A stretch of 64,000 nucleotides of DNA from Octopus bimaculoides (lineage: Eukaryota), in NCBI RefSeq assembly GCF_001194135.2, contig NC_068990.1, positions 80,943,087 to 81,007,086 of the forward strand, in the 5' to 3' direction. Of the stretch, positions 13,187 to 26,841 are shown one piece after another. The notes under the pieces are model-generated. The model was not told the DNA's origin and did no database searches. It saw nothing but the letters and a program-made list of their open reading frames with translations. Position numbers and translations under genes: made by a program. Numbering within the stretch: position 1 is the stretch's first letter; each line of letters begins with the position of its first letter.

Positions 13187-13927
13187 AAAAAAAAAAGAAA
13201 AAAAAATCCAAGAAAAAAAAAGCAAACAAAAAGGCAAAAGAGAGTCACTTACTGTTATAGTTTCTTCAATGAGAATATTGACCAAGGTTACCGTGGTCTT
13301 TTCCGTAGGCTTTTCTNNNNNNNNNNNNNNNNNNNNNNNNNNNNNNNNNNNNNNNNNNNNNNNNNNNNNNNNNNNNNNNNNNNNNNNNNNNNNNNNNNNN
13401 NNNNNNNNNNNNNNNNNNNNNNNNNNNNNNNNNNNNNNNNNNNNNNNNNNNNNNNNNNNNNNNNNNNNNNNNNNNNNNNNNNNNNNNNNNNNNNNNNNNN
13501 NNNNNNNNNNNNNNNNNNNNNNNNNNNNNNNNNNNNNNNNNNNNNNNNNNNNNNNNNNNNNNNNNNNNNNNNNNNNNNNNNNNNNNNNNNNNNNNNNNNN
13601 NNNNNNNNNNNNNNNNNNNNNNNNNNNNNNNNNNNNNNNNNNNNNNNNNNNNNNNNNNNNNNNNNNNNNNNNNNNNNNNNNNNNNNNNNNNNNNNNNNNN
13701 NNNNNNNNNNNNNNNNNNNNNNNNNNNNNNNNNNNNNNNNNNNNNNNNNNNNNNNNNNNNNNNNNNNNNNNNNNNNNNNNNNNNNNNNNNNNNNNNNNNN
13801 NNNNNNNNNNNNNNNNNNNNNNNNNNNNNNNNNNNNNNNNNNNNNNNNNNNNNNNNNNNNNNNNNNNNNNNNNNNNNNNNNNNNNNNNNNNNNNNNNNNN
13901 NNNNNNNNNNNNNNNNNNNNNNNNNNN

Positions 13928-13960
<33 letters not shown>

Positions 13961-14887
13961 CATAAATACACTCGCACGCACACACACATATATAGAGAGG
14001 GATACGATTTACTTGACGATCTTGATCCATTTCCGGTGAAATTTAAATGCAGTTTTTCACTAAACAAGATTCACTTCCGGCACGTGTTTTTGCAACGTTA
14101 ATCGAACGTGACATGTGTACGACTAGGGACTTTCCGAAATAACATACCAATGTCTTCGTGCTAGAAGGAAGACTTACGGCATGTACTGTTTAACTTTCTA
14201 TTTTGTCGCAATTTCGCATTAAATGTTTTAATAATATTTAACAATAGACTGGACTTGTGCCACACACAATTTGAAACGAATATTTAACAATAAGCTTCAT
14301 TGTAAAAATATACATGGGTTTACGAAACGATTTCTTATAAAAATTACACGCATATATTTCTTTTCGTTTTTTGCGTCGTGTACATATGCATGCATAATTA
14401 TGCAAGATATATTATATATCTATTGTGTCCATGCTTAATCTCCTATACATCTACGTATATATGTGTGTATATATGTATATATATGTGTGTGTGTATGTGT
14501 GTGTATGCATATAGATATAAATAGACACACACATATATAACAGATAAAAATACGAAGAGAAAAGGGAAAGGAAAAGAAATGAAAAAGAGAGAGAGAGAAA
14601 AGAAGAGGGAGACACAAAATGAAATTTGAAATATCATAGATATTTATAAAGTCATAGATATATTCATTTATTGATATATATATTTACACTCTAACACACA
14701 TGTATATTTGAGTAGGAGTTTCGCTGAGTGCACACGTGTGTGTGTGTGTGTTTACGTCTGTGTGTATGTGTATGTGTGAAACCAAATCTTCCGTAATTAG
14801 AAATTATGAATGCAACACATACATTATAAATGTAACGCACACACGCACACACACAGACACACACACTCATATACACACACATACATA

Positions 14888-15260
14888 TTGGGTCATCCCG
14901 TAAATAATGTGATGTTTTTATACATCTTTTATTTTTCAAAATTTAGATAAAGTTTTGTTAATCTAAAATATACTCTCCTTCATTTTCTACAATGCTCTTC
15001 CATCTATCTGGTAGACTTGCAAGGCCTCTCTTCCAAAATTCACTTGTCCATGATGAAAAATACTCCTCCAGTACTGTTCTGACCTCGTCTACAGAATTCA
15101 TATTTTTTCCGTCTAAATGATTTTGAAGACAGCGGCAATATCCTACGAATATGGTGGGTGGGGCATCGTTTCCCATCCAAACTACTCCAGCCTTTGTCAT
15201 CTTCGCTGTATGTGGCCGAGCAGTAACCTGATGGAAGAACACCTTTCGTCTTGAAACCAA
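14888..15260 (-). pseudogene. Mariner (Tc1/mariner) transposase C-terminal fragment with its 3' TIR
   Basis: ORF 14958-15260: FFHQVTARPHTA (decayed HDNARPH), LQNHLDGKNMNSVDEVRTVLEEYFSS...EFWKRGLASLPDRWKSIVENEGEYILD*. TIR-like TA|TTGGGTCATCCCGTAAATAATG at 14886-14909. The YSPDLAP region is decayed. Confidence 0.92.
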
Positions 15261-15293
15261 AGATGGTTGTGTTTCCTCTAACGCTGACTTAAG

Positions 15294-15294
15294 C

Positions 15295-15339
<45 letters not shown>

Positions 15340-16520
15340 TTTTTGTTCTGATAAAACCGAGCAAGTTGTCGAATACATTAGAGAAAGAATAGTAATGAAA
15401 AAAGGTTATGCTACATGTTTATCTTAGAGCTAGAATAGTAATGAAAAATGATTATGATATATGTTTTTATTACGTGTAATATATCTCTATTTACTTACAA
15501 ACTATATCGCGTGTTTATGTAAACAGCATTTTAAACTTAATACGAGCATATTTACACACTTACATATGTCTATAAAGATAAACACACGTGATAACATCAG
15601 CAGGCAGTAGAAAATGGTATAATCATTTTGTACCTTTTTATATAGAAATCTTTTTTTCCTTTTTTTAAATATTTACACATGGCCAAGTATTTACTAAGCG
15701 ATATAATATTATACGAGAATGATTATTTGGGAGTGGAAGCGTGTAAATGGCAAAGCTATAAAAACTACCGCATAGAAAAATAGAATTCTGCTTGAATTTT
15801 CGAAAATAATTTATTATACATTCCTTAAGAAGATACACAAATGTTGAAATGGATGGGGGTGTACGCAACTGCAGAAACACCATAACTTCACATAAAATAT
15901 GAAGTATTATTTCAAAAAATTTACAGAATGCTCTGACCTACTACAGATGTAGTATTATTGCTATGTAATCAATCATCCGGTCAATAAAGCCCTCATACGT
16001 TCTCATCGACCTGTCTTTAATTCCAATTCTGTCCCTCCTTTGCCTACATTCCCCACAATATACACAGAATAATTCCCTTTATGAAATCAATTTTTATCCT
16101 CTTGAGTTGCTTCTTATACTCACAGAAATCTTGTATAGTTATGTTTTGTGAGGCAAATATCTTAATTATTGAAACACATATTTTTTTTTACAAATCTCTA
16201 AGGTAACCTCTATGACACTGCATATTACTGACCTGTAAATCGATTGATTTATAACCATCACTTCAACAAATGTCGCACGTGATGGAGAAAGTTTCAAAAG
16301 TATCTTTTGATTTCTAACAACCACAAAGTGTACGGTTTTCTTAGAGCAACGAGTGTGTGTGCATTTTAAAGAGAAACGGACAGTCAGACTGACAGACTGA
16401 CAATCAGAGAGAGAGACAGAGAAAGACAGAGAGAGACAGAGAGAGACAGAGAGAGAGAGACAGAAGACAGACAGAGACAGAAAAACAGACAGAGACAGAA
16501 AAACAGACAGATAGATAGAC

Positions 16521-16583
<63 letters not shown>
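15294..16583. repeat. (GATA)n arrays at ~15294-15340 and ~16505-16583, plus a degenerate (GA)/(GACA) tract at ~16380-16510
   Basis: Read directly. Confidence 0.9.
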
Positions 16584-16584
<1 letters not shown>

Positions 16585-17345
16585 TGTTTTATGTAAAATG
16601 AAAGCAGTATTTTCTCTACTCCTTCAGAACGTCAATTAAATTAATTTTACACTTCTGACAGAGCAAGAAAGACAACCTGTGTCAGTTAATTTACCACAAA
16701 CTATCACATATTCTGTTAATTCTAGTGTTCTCCAAACATCGGTATAACCCATACATACTCCAGAGTTTTTCTTCAGTACCTTGCTCACTCTTAGTTGTTG
16801 ACAAATACCCATTTCCAGGATATATCCGATGCTTCACTGCTTCGTAGCATTTCGGTTTCCATTCTTAGTCACACAGTAACCAGAAACATGGCTGTCAATC
16901 CCCACGAACAATATTAATCATGGTAACATTCACGGACATTATCAGAAGCTGAACTTCTTCAGCAACATACCAATATATTTATGTCTATACGCATTCTACA
17001 ACGATGCACAATAACAGCTAAAATCTATGCGCAATTTACAAGAGCTAGACCTTGCAAAAATTGATCTAATTATCTTTCGTAGTAACGTAATTTATAACAG
17101 CCGAAATTGCTTATCAAAGGCAAGGTTTTCTTGCTTTAATGAGTTTACCAAAGTTCACTGATTACAAGGGTGTACCGCAGTTTCGTTTTGCTGCAGATAA
17201 TTGTTAGAAAATCTGGGACTGTGTTGCAGTTAGATAATATCGTCCTGTATAAAGTAGCTTTAACAAAAATGATTATCGGACTAATTTGCTGCAATTCACC
17301 GAAATTCTCTACAACCACAGGCCTATTAACTTAGTCCAGGACAGT

Positions 17346-17733
17346 TGTTGTTGTTGGCACTCCGTCGGTTACGACGTCGAGGGTTCCAGTTGATCCGATC
17401 AACGGAACAGCCTGCTCGTGAGATTAACGTGCAAGTGGCTGAGCACTCCACAGACACGAGTACCCTTAACGTAGTTCTCGGGGATATTCAGCGTGACACA
17501 GTGTGACAAGGCTGACCCTTTGAATTACAGGCACAACAGAAACAGGAAGTAAGAGTGAGAGAAAGTTGTGGTGAAAGAGTACAGCAGGGTTCACCACCAT
17601 CCCCTGCCGGAGCCTCGTGGAGCTTTATGTGTTTTCGCTCAATAAACACTCACAACGCCCGTTCTGGGAATCGGAACCCCGATCCTATGACCGCGAGTCC
17701 GCTGCCCTAACCACTGGGCCATTGCGCCTCCAC
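17346..17733 (-). mobile_element. Full-length tRNA-derived SINE (family D) with 14-bp TSD
   Basis: Minus strand head GTGGAGGCGCAATGGCCCAGTGGTTAGGGCAGCGGACTCGCGGTCATAGGATCGGGGTTCCGATTCC with A- and B-box-like motifs, and a (CAA)n tail. Exact direct repeat TAGTCCAGGACAGT at 17332-17345 and 17734-17747. Confidence 0.92.
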
Positions 17734-18293
17734 TAGTCCAGGACAGTACTTCTTTGCTATTACACAACCTGCTAGAAATAGTATCGAAATATCTCACAAA
17801 TCTAATACTGCTGTCTTGAAGCAAAAAGATAATGGGGCGTTAAATTGTACAATTTGTGACACAGTTTGATAGAAACAGACAAACGGGTAAGTCCATGCTG
17901 GAGTTTTCTTTATTTATCATTAGTCTGCTCAATAGGGATGATTTGGTGCGAAAGAACAGCAACCAATACCTACTGAAAGAGTTATATTCTTCTTTGTTTT
18001 TGGTTGTAGCTACAATTTCTAATATCAGTTAATAAGCTGTGTACTACACTAAAGTATATCCACTAAATTCAGCCACTTTCCAATCCCTTTGTCTTTTATT
18101 ATAAAATTATTCCACCCTTGCAAGTAACCCAAACCATTCTCTGCAGTATCGTAAGATTATCAACCTCCTGTTGGATAAACATAAGAATAGAAATTTTCAA
18201 GGTCGAATTTCTGCATCTGCACTGACTTACCATAAGAGAAGGCCATGAGATTTAGGCATGGCTGTATTTTTTTATGAAGGTTGTTTCACAATC

Positions 18294-18524
18294 CTATTGT
18301 TCGGCGCTTGATTCTATTATGCAAAATGTTTCTGAGGGATCTGAATTTTGTGACTGAAATCTGGTAGACAAATCCTTACTGATTGTTATGAATTTGTTAA
18401 CACGAAGTGACTGTCTTTCTTCATCTAAATGGTCTCCAAAGACAGCTTTGTCATGCTCACGGACAAAGAGGACCCATACTATGTGTGGGTTCAGGGATAT
18501 AAAAACGTCATCACACCACTGAAA
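18294..18524 (-). CDS. Candidate coding exon of unknown product (alternatively a decayed GIY-YIG-like fragment)
   Basis: Strong acceptor (poly-T)CAG then an open frame to TAG: (FQ)WCDDVFISLNPHIVWVLFVREHDKAVFGDHLDEERQSLRVNKFITISKDLSTRFQSQNSDPSETFCIIESSAEQ*. No family recognised. Confidence 0.3.
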   Translation of the reverse strand, partial: FQWCDDVFISLNPHIVWVLFVREHDKAVFGDHLDEERQSLRVNKFITISKDLSTRFQSQNSDPSETFCIIESSAEQ

Positions 18525-18755
18525 CTGAAAAAAAAAAACATGAAGTAGTAGTAATAGTAGTAGTAGTAGTAGATATTTTGGGTTCATATATAACAGCGAA
18601 GGCGTCGTTCAATTCCCAGACCAGACAACGCAGTGGGTTCTTGAACGAGGGATTTCATACCGCGTTACTCCAGTCTATTTTTCTACAAATGAGTAAGGAT
18701 ATATGTATATATATGTATTTATACATGCTTACATATATATTCATATACGTGTGCT

Positions 18756-18863
<108 letters not shown>

Positions 18864-19340
18864 TACGAACCTTAACGTGATTAAATAGCTGCACCAGTAT
18901 TGTATTATATATTGATTTCACGTCTGTGAATTGTCATGTAAAATAAGAGATTGAAATAAATTTCAGCAGCATTGATGCTTTAATAATTTTGAAACCAAAA
19001 GATTGTAGATAATCAATAGTTAACTACTATATTATTTATTATTACCAATACACAGACCTTTATGAATGTTGATACTATTCTGTTCTATTGTTGCGCATAA
19101 TACACAAGCGTACATACTCATATACATATACATACTCATATACATATACATACACATATGTATATGTGTGTGTATGAGAATGTGTGTGTGAGTGTGTGTG
19201 TGAGTGTGTGTGCGTGTATGTGTTTGTATATGCTTGGTGATGTAAACAGGAAAAATAGAACTCGGAACATGAGTGTGTGTATGTATATATATATATATAT
19301 ATAAATATACGTGTGTGTGCGGGTGTATGTATGTATATAT

Positions 19341-19374
<34 letters not shown>

Positions 19375-19505
19375 CTATGCAGCAATTATGAATACCAACT
19401 ATGTGCTGGTGCCGCCCATCCTAGCCGTAGCTATTGCATCCTGGATATGAAGGGGACAAGATGGTATCCATTTCTGCTCGCGAATTCATATGAAGTGAAA
19501 ATATT

Positions 19506-19895
19506 CTTTTCTACTCTAGGCACAAGGCCCGAAATTTTTAGGGAGGGGCCAGTCGATTAATTCATCGATCCCGAAAGGATGAAAGTTAAAGTCAACCTTG
19601 GGGGAATTTAAACTTAGAACGTAAAGACAGACGAAATACCGCAAAGTGTTTCGCCCAGCGTGCAATGTTTCTTATGTCTTTATTGCCCACAAGGGGCAAA
19701 ACATAGAGGGTACAAACAAAGGGATTAAGTCGATTACATCGATCCCAGTGCGTAACTGGTACTTAATTTATCGACCCCGAAAGGATGAAAGTCAAAGTCG
19801 ACCTCGGCGGAAATTGAACTCAGAACGTAAAGACAGACGAAATACCGCTAAGCATTACGCCTGACGTGCTAACGTTTCTGCCAGCTCGCCGCCTT
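19506..19895 (-). mobile_element. Dimeric SINE family A (two tandem units)
   Basis: Head AAGGCGGCGAGCTGGCAGAAACGTTAGCAC; CTTTCATCCTTTCGGGGTCGAT core in both units; junction near 19671. Flanked by an 18-bp repeat with 2 mismatches (19488-19505, 19896-19913). Confidence 0.9.
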
Positions 19896-20218
19896 ATAGG
19901 CAGTGAAAATATTAGTGAAAGTCTGCTACATTTTATCCAGTCATACAGCCTTTCGAATGATAGCCGACTGCGCTGTTTAGTAGAGAAACTGAATTTTGAA
20001 GGGTGACTGATTATCTGTACTTCTTGCTTTCAAGCTGTTTCGAAAGTAGACATCTTTACCGATAAGGCGCCAGTTTCTTCAACCGTATCATTTCTAGAAA
20101 ATCTGGTGTATATTTCGATCATTTTCACGGAAATTTTAAACTCGTCCTTCTGGGCTTTGTTATGTTAGCACACATTTAAAGTTACTATTTGAGTAAAATC
20201 TAAACCTTGAATACTTAC

Positions 20219-20267
20219 CTCCATTCATTCAGCAACGCGAGACTGGGCACAACAAAATCAATGTTAG
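20219..20267 (-). other. Candidate small exon (49 nt, or 24 nt using the acceptor at 20243)
   Basis: Minus strand CTAAC-ATTGATTTTGTTGTGCCCAG|TCTCGCGTTGCTGAATGAATGGAG|GTAAGT: branch-point-like motif, acceptor and a consensus donor. Confidence 0.25.
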
Positions 20268-20610
20268 CTACGTGTAGGAGATAAGAATTGCTACTTGTAT
20301 TACTTTAATATTCTTTTAAAAGTGTCTGTGTGTGCGTGCGCGACCGTGCCTATATGCGTACTTCTCTGGGTTTTGGTACGTGTAACTATGTATGCGTTTT
20401 CCTGTGTCTGTATATTAGAATGCCGCAAAGCGTCAGTTGAATTCCAGAGAAGTGATTCACTGACATTTCAATCTGTTTCTTTGGAGTCTCTTCTATTTAT
20501 TCTTATGCCTCATATTTGATATTTCCAGTCGTAGTAAGTAGACGCATAATGGAGTAAATTTCCTACTCCCACCCCATTCTATACACTTTGATGGGTGTGG
20601 GAGATATTAA

Positions 20611-20880
20611 ATATTTGTTCTTGTATCGTGATGGCGAGGTTGGGAACTTGGGCACTCTACAGTGTCACCTCATTCTACTGTTTGTGTAACTTTCAATGAC
20701 AAAGTTTGGCACAAGACCTTCCACGATGTTCCAGATGTATACCACTGCATATCTTTCCCGCCTTCGTCGTAGGGGGTAGAGTCTTAACTTTTTCAATCTT
20801 GCCCAGTAGAAGACATATTGCATTGAGACGACTTCCTATGTGCAGCTTTGCTGGATTACTTCGAGTTCCTCCATTAATTT
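20611..20880 (-). mobile_element. CR1-type LINE ORF2 C-terminal fragment (decayed)
   Basis: Translates to ELEVIQQSCT*EVVSMQYVFYWARLKKLRLYPLRRRRERYAVVYIWNIVEGLVPNF, matching the CR1/L2 post-RT pattern YWERLKxLxLYSLxRRRERYxxIYxWKI. Two in-frame stops. Confidence 0.85.
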
Positions 20881-23800
20881 CCCATTATGTGGTAACCATA
20901 TATATTTATATGTAAATATTTTGTATTTTATACTTATATCATTTATGGATTTTATTTGTCATGAAGGACGCTCTCCTGAACTATTTTCCCTCAGCCATAT
21001 TTTGATGATATTCACAAGCATCAACGTTGCAATCCCCTCCGTCGCTCTCTCTCTCTCTCTCTTTCTTTACACACACGTACACACACACACACGCATTCAT
21101 ACATACATACACACACACATATCTATATACATATATATATATTTATATATACATACATATAGATAGGTACATAGATACATAGATCGATGGATCGATGCAT
21201 ATATGTATGTATTTCTCACTTTCACTTATGCCAAATTGACTGGAATGTTTCTGACTGGAATGAGACATAACCCTACGAATTGCTTTGAAGCATTTGGCTG
21301 GAAGACCAAATTCTCTAGGGGCACTATATTTTCTATATTTTACAAATATTTCAAGAAAAGAATTTTATTGACATTGTCTACCTTATTCTATTTAGAATTT
21401 TAAACACACTTAAAGGGAGTTTTAGTTCACTAACTGCATAGACTACTTGAAATACTGCTGTGTTTTGACTCACTGCATTATATATACGTAAGAGACCCTC
21501 CCCTGTTAGCAAATTCATCACCGTAGGAGGAAGTCACTGAACAGTTTTATAATTTGTTGATGTGTATTACGCCTGAGAGTAATTGCTGCCTGGTTGACTG
21601 AATTAATGGTTTATAGTTAGTTGATGGGTGGCACATAAAGTGTCTACGTGCGTGAAAAATACACCGCTTGAACAATTCAAGGAATAGATTCAGTGATGGT
21701 TCATAGAGAGGTGTCTAAATCATTTACTGTCTGAATAAGCAAATGCTTTCATTGGTCGATAGATGGAAAGTTGTTAGTCTATATATTCGTTGTCTAAATA
21801 AGTCACAGCCTGTCTGGATAAGCATTTACTCTCTTGGGAAGATGTTGTATTGTCTACAATCCACATGGATGTTTAAATTATTTCCTGTTCGACAGGATCG
21901 TTGATGGTTGACTATATTAAGATTCCTTGGAAGTTAATTCGTTTGATTTGCAAACATCAGACAGTCCCTGAATTAAGCAGCAATGTTACAGCGTGCACAA
22001 TGTTTAACAACAAACTGAACCGAATTGACTGCTTTTCATTTAAATTTCTTAGAGCTGTGATATGAACATAGCTTTGCACATGTCCACCGAATTATACATA
22101 GGTAAAATGTATAGCTGACAGCGCGAAACTAACGACTATACAGTACTGTCTTTAACAGAGTTCGTAAAATAAAATGTTTGCCTTTATGGGAAGAAGTAGT
22201 TTCTGACTTTTTATTAGCTTCCAAGCCTTACTATGACCATCAACCAGAGCGTGACAGAGACGGTAACTCAGTAATCTCTGATTTAAACAAATGATATTAC
22301 TGTACACTTATGTAGAGTGGTTGTAAATCAATACTTTCCATACAACTGCTTGACTTGTTTCACTTTCTGTTCGAGTGAATTATTTCCTGGTTACTTGATT
22401 CGCTGGATGTTTCAATGGCTGAATGATCGGTTGGATGGTTGTTTAAACGGTTGGACAGGTGACTTGGTGGATGAATGACTGCTCGGATCAATTGAAAATG
22501 TTGTTTGGTTTCTTCATGTTGATAGTAACGATGTAGGTGTTTAACAATGCTGTCAAGATGCTGGGCAAAAAGTAGTACAGATATCAGTGGGAGACGATTG
22601 CTGAAGTTCATGAGTATGGTAATGTGAATAGTTTTGCAGGTATAGATAGGGTTTTATTAGCGCCAGTGTTCATAGTGCTGTTGGAAATGTGCATTGCAGT
22701 GGGGTGAGGTAATAACTACGTTAATATGGATGGTAGCAATTTAATAGTGTGTATAGTCCTGGGGTCTAAATGTAGAAAAGGTCTAGATTGGATGGTGCAA
22801 TTGAAGTAGAGTACATGGCAGTAAGCGTGAAAAGTTATATGATAACATAGTCTCAATATAAGTTATGTATGGTTCAATGCGTAAGAGGTACGTTTTATAG
22901 ACGTAAACTCTTGAATTCGATCTCACGGTATGGCATCTCAAAAAATGCCTCGGATCGATCCATATCTTGTAAATGAAATTAGGTGGATGAAACTATATTG
23001 AAGTCCATCGATGGATTGTATCTACAATTCAAAAGATACAGCCTTGTTTTACCTATTTTATCACTCTGTATTCACACGAGAATTACGATAAGAGTACACG
23101 TGTCTGTCGAATGCATAACCAATTTCATTTTAAATCAATGAGGAGATAATTCAGTTGATCGAATAGCTAAACATTAATCGTAGAAACCGACGGAGATGTA
23201 TTCGTCCACGTACTTTCGGTGGTTGTACATATGGTATTTTTGAAGCAAGCTAGTATGCTAGTACGGGTGATACCTGGAGCATACAGCACAGCATCGAGAA
23301 GATAATAATATAATCCGATTATCTTGCAGCTGTTTTAATTAGGCTTCAGTCAGCGATAGATTCTATAGTTATATCCGTTAGGCTTCAATGGAAGGTAGAC
23401 ACATTGTCATATTACATAAGCCTCAGTGAGAGATCGATCCTGCAATTATATGATCTTCGTCAGATAGTATATCCCATAATAGTCATTTTAGATATAGTTC
23501 TGTCAGAGATAGGTCCCAGCCATTTCTCTGTTAGCTCAGATCGATGCTACAGTTATTCTGACCTCACTAATCCATTGATCAATCAGCCTGCTGTACACAC
23601 ATTTTACCTATAATCATGTTTATACAGTCAACGTTGCAGTTCTCGACATTGATTTATTGGTTCACCTCACCAACAGCTCCACTTCCCTTACTTACTATCA
23701 CCACTGTACACTGTTACAACCGCTTCTACCACCACACACTACGACCGCCTACGAATAGGAGAGGCTGTACTGCGTCTCCCGTACTTCTAGAAATAACAGC

Positions 23801-24052
23801 CAAACATCTCTTATGACCCGGCTATATCTACAGTCAATTACTAACATCAAAGCACCAGCCATGTGTGCTTGACCTGGTGGATATAGTAGCTACATCTCTC
23901 TCAAATTATATGTGACGATCCTAAAAGAAATTATCTAATGCCCTCCTCTGTGCATTCAGTCTGGAACGCTATGGATTTATCACAATTGTGATCTGAATTA
24001 AATTGTAATTAGCCACCTATGCTTATCCCAAAGTAAATTCTCTCAAATTGTC

Positions 24053-24247
24053 AAATGCTTAGCGGTATTTCGTCTGCCGCTACGTTCTGAGTTCAAACTC
24101 CGCCGAGGTCGACTTTGCCTTTCATCCTTTCGGGGTCGGTGAAATAAGTACCAGTTATGCACTGGAGTCGATATAATCGACTTAATCCATGTGTCTGTCC
24201 TTGTTTGTCCCCTCCGTGTGTAGCCCCTTGTGGGCAGTAAAGAAATA
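24053..24247 (+). mobile_element. SINE family A monomer, 5'-truncated
   Basis: AAATGCTTAGCGGTATTTCGTCTG...CCTTTCATCCTTTCGGGGTC...CCCCTTGTGGGCAGTAAAGAAATA, followed by (GATA)n. Confidence 0.9.
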
Positions 24248-24258
24248 GATTGACAGAT

Positions 24259-24299
<41 letters not shown>

Positions 24300-25063
24300 T
24301 TCGATGTTCAAATGTGTGAAGAAAGCATGTGACACGTGTTGATTAAACTAAATAACTTGATAGCTTGACTTTACTTCGCATTCTTTAAAGTTTCGTAGCT
24401 GTTCTGGCATGTCTAACTTCTCGAGTGTAGATGGGATGGAGGGGAAAAGTATAACTTCAAAGTGAGAATAGTTACACCTTCATCGGTTACTTCAGGTGTT
24501 TTGTGGGATTTGGCAATGCAGCGACTGGTGGATAATAACGAAAGGTACTTACTGTTCCATAATGGAATGGAAGGAGTATATTCGCCTGTCTTAGATTTAA
24601 AACTTGGATTACTTTAAGGAAATTTTCCCAGTGTAGGAGATTTGTACAATACTAACGTATATGAACAAATTTTCTGAGGAAATTTTGGCTGTAAGATATC
24701 TATGAAAGTGTCAAAGTATTCAGATTTGTAATACTGTAGAACTCATCCAGGTGGAGATGGTAATGGTTTCTCCATATTTGATAGCGGCGATGCACAATAT
24801 GCTCACTATTGTATATTCAGATGCCAGCTGTGAGCAATCTTCAGGCAAATTAAAATTTAGCTTCTCATATTTCAGAGCTTCAGTGGACTAAGAAAGCCTG
24901 TTAGCTGAAGTCATGCCGAGGAGTGAAAGTTAAGAAATTGAAAACATAAATTTTTTATGAGTATTGACGTATCATTATCGTCAAAAGTAGGTAAAGTACG
25001 GTTTGAAAATGAGGATTAAATTTATCCAATAAAGTGGCAAAAATAAGATAATCAATTATGGGT

Positions 25064-25254
25064 AAAAGAAACTAGAAGAGGTTCAGTTAACTATGATTTT
25101 ATTTAATTGTGGTAAGTAGCTTGCTTACCAACCATATGGTCCCGGGTTCGGTCCGACTGCGTGGTACCTTGGGCAAGTGTCTTCTGCTATAGCCTCGGGC
25201 CAACCAAAGCCTTGTGAGTGGATTTGGTAGAGGGAAACTGGAAGAAACCCGTCG

Positions 25255-25287
<33 letters not shown>

Positions 25288-25843
25288 GTNNNNNNNNNNN
25301 NNNNNNNNNNNNNNNNNNNNNNNNNNNNNNNNNNNNNNNNNNNNNNNNNNNNNNNNNNNNNNNNNNNNNNNNNNNNNNNNNNNNNNNNNNNNNNNNNNNN
25401 NNNNNNNNNNNNNNNNNNNNNNNNNNNNNNNNNNNNNNNNNNNNNNNNNNNNNNNNNNNNNNNNNNNNNNNNNNNNGTAATCTTCGAAACATATGTTGGA
25501 AATAAAAGAATTCATTTAACATATGCGTTTTACTCCATTTACTAAATTTATATATATATGTGTGTGTGTGTTTGTGTGTCTCCCCCCCCCACCCCCGCAG
25601 CATTGTTTGACAACCGATGCTGGTGTGTTTACGTCCCCATAACCTAGCGGTTCGGCAAAAGAGAGCGAATAGAATAAGCACTAGGCTTACAAAGAATAAG
25701 CTCTGGGCTCGATTTGTTCGACTATAAAGGCGGTGCTCCAGCATGGCCGCAGTCAAATGACTGAAACAAGTAAAAGAGTAAAAGAGTATACTCCTGTCTC
25801 AGATTCACCCTCAAAGCCAGGAACTTTTCAGCACCCCCTCGTA
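25064..25843 (-). mobile_element. Mariner-derived MITE split by a SINE B insertion (parts ~25064-25107 and 25788-25843)
   Basis: TIR AAAGCCAGGAACTTTTCAGCACCCCCTCGTA at 25813-25843. The flanks ATGATTTTATTTAAT and ATACTCCTGTCTCAGATTCAC match the contiguous TTATTCAACGTATTCCCCTTTTCAGTTTCAC of the copy at 7678. Confidence 0.6.
25108..25787 (+). mobile_element. SINE family B, near full length, internal microsatellite lost in a gap
   Basis: TGTGGTAAGTAGCTTGCTTACCAACC...GGTTCGGTCCGACTGCG head; same body and (TAAAAGAG)n tail as 6608-6996. Confidence 0.9.
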
Positions 25844-26103
25844 ATTAGGATTTCCTTGCTCCGCTTACACATGTTTATAATGCTCACCCGTAAAAGTATT
25901 AATAGCTTTATGTATATTTTACGCTTTATAAGAATGAGCTCCGATAGTAATGATGGCTGATTTTATGGATGTGATGAACCTTAGTTACGCCCCTATATAT
26001 ACATCCATTACGGCTGTTTATGATAACTTCGCTTGTCACAACCACAATCGCTTTCACCAAGAACTTTATTATCACCTTAAACATGCTTTATCAACCGCAG
26101 TTA

Positions 26104-26170
<67 letters not shown>

Positions 26171-26740
26171 GCCATTAATATTTTCTGATGCAAACACACG
26201 GCCATAAATCGTTAAAGAGGAAAAACAGTCGATAAAAATCGATCCTAATGAAAGCCTTGTACTTATTTTATCGAATGCAGAAGGATAAAAATCAAAGCTC
26301 ATTTTAACAGAAATGATAATACTAATAATAAACGATTCGTTGTATGCCAAAGGAATGACGGGTTGAAGGGGGGACATGACAAACACTAATCAAAAAATGT
26401 TGGGAGTTTACGTTGACCCGAACATGGATTATAAGAAGCACGAACATGGATAACAACAATCTGGAATGAAAGAAGGAAATTTATAGATCCGGATCACCGT
26501 TACTATTAAGGGTAAGAGTTACTTCTCTCGGCTGCATTTTCCATTTAGAAACGCGTGTTGAGAGTATGCCCATTCAAGTTAGTCTCTCACACCTTTTAGA
26601 TGATGATTTATTGGAGGATATCACCTAACTTTTCATTCTATTCTGTGCGAATAGAACTTGAAGATGATCTAGATTATTTGAACGAAAAGTGGTTGAGAGA
26701 AGTACCTTTTGTTCAGTGCTTTCAGTATTACTGTTTTACT

Positions 26741-26840
26741 ATCTTTTACTTGTTTCAGTCATTTGACTGCGGCCATGCTGGAGCACCACCTTTTAGTCGA
26801 GCAAATCGACCCCAGGACTTATTCTTTGTAAGCCTAGTAT
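26741..26840 (-). mobile_element. SINE family B 3' fragment
   Basis: Reverse complement of the family B tail (CTTGTTTCAGTCATTTGACTGCGGCCATGCTGGAGCACC). Confidence 0.85.
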
Positions 26841-26841
26841 T

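Noticed and set aside
21400-25000. Possible heavily decayed L1/Tx1 ORF2 pieces on the minus strand (~21400-21960, ~24300-25000)
   Set aside because: Only vague motif resemblance with many stops; no RT catalytic motif visible.
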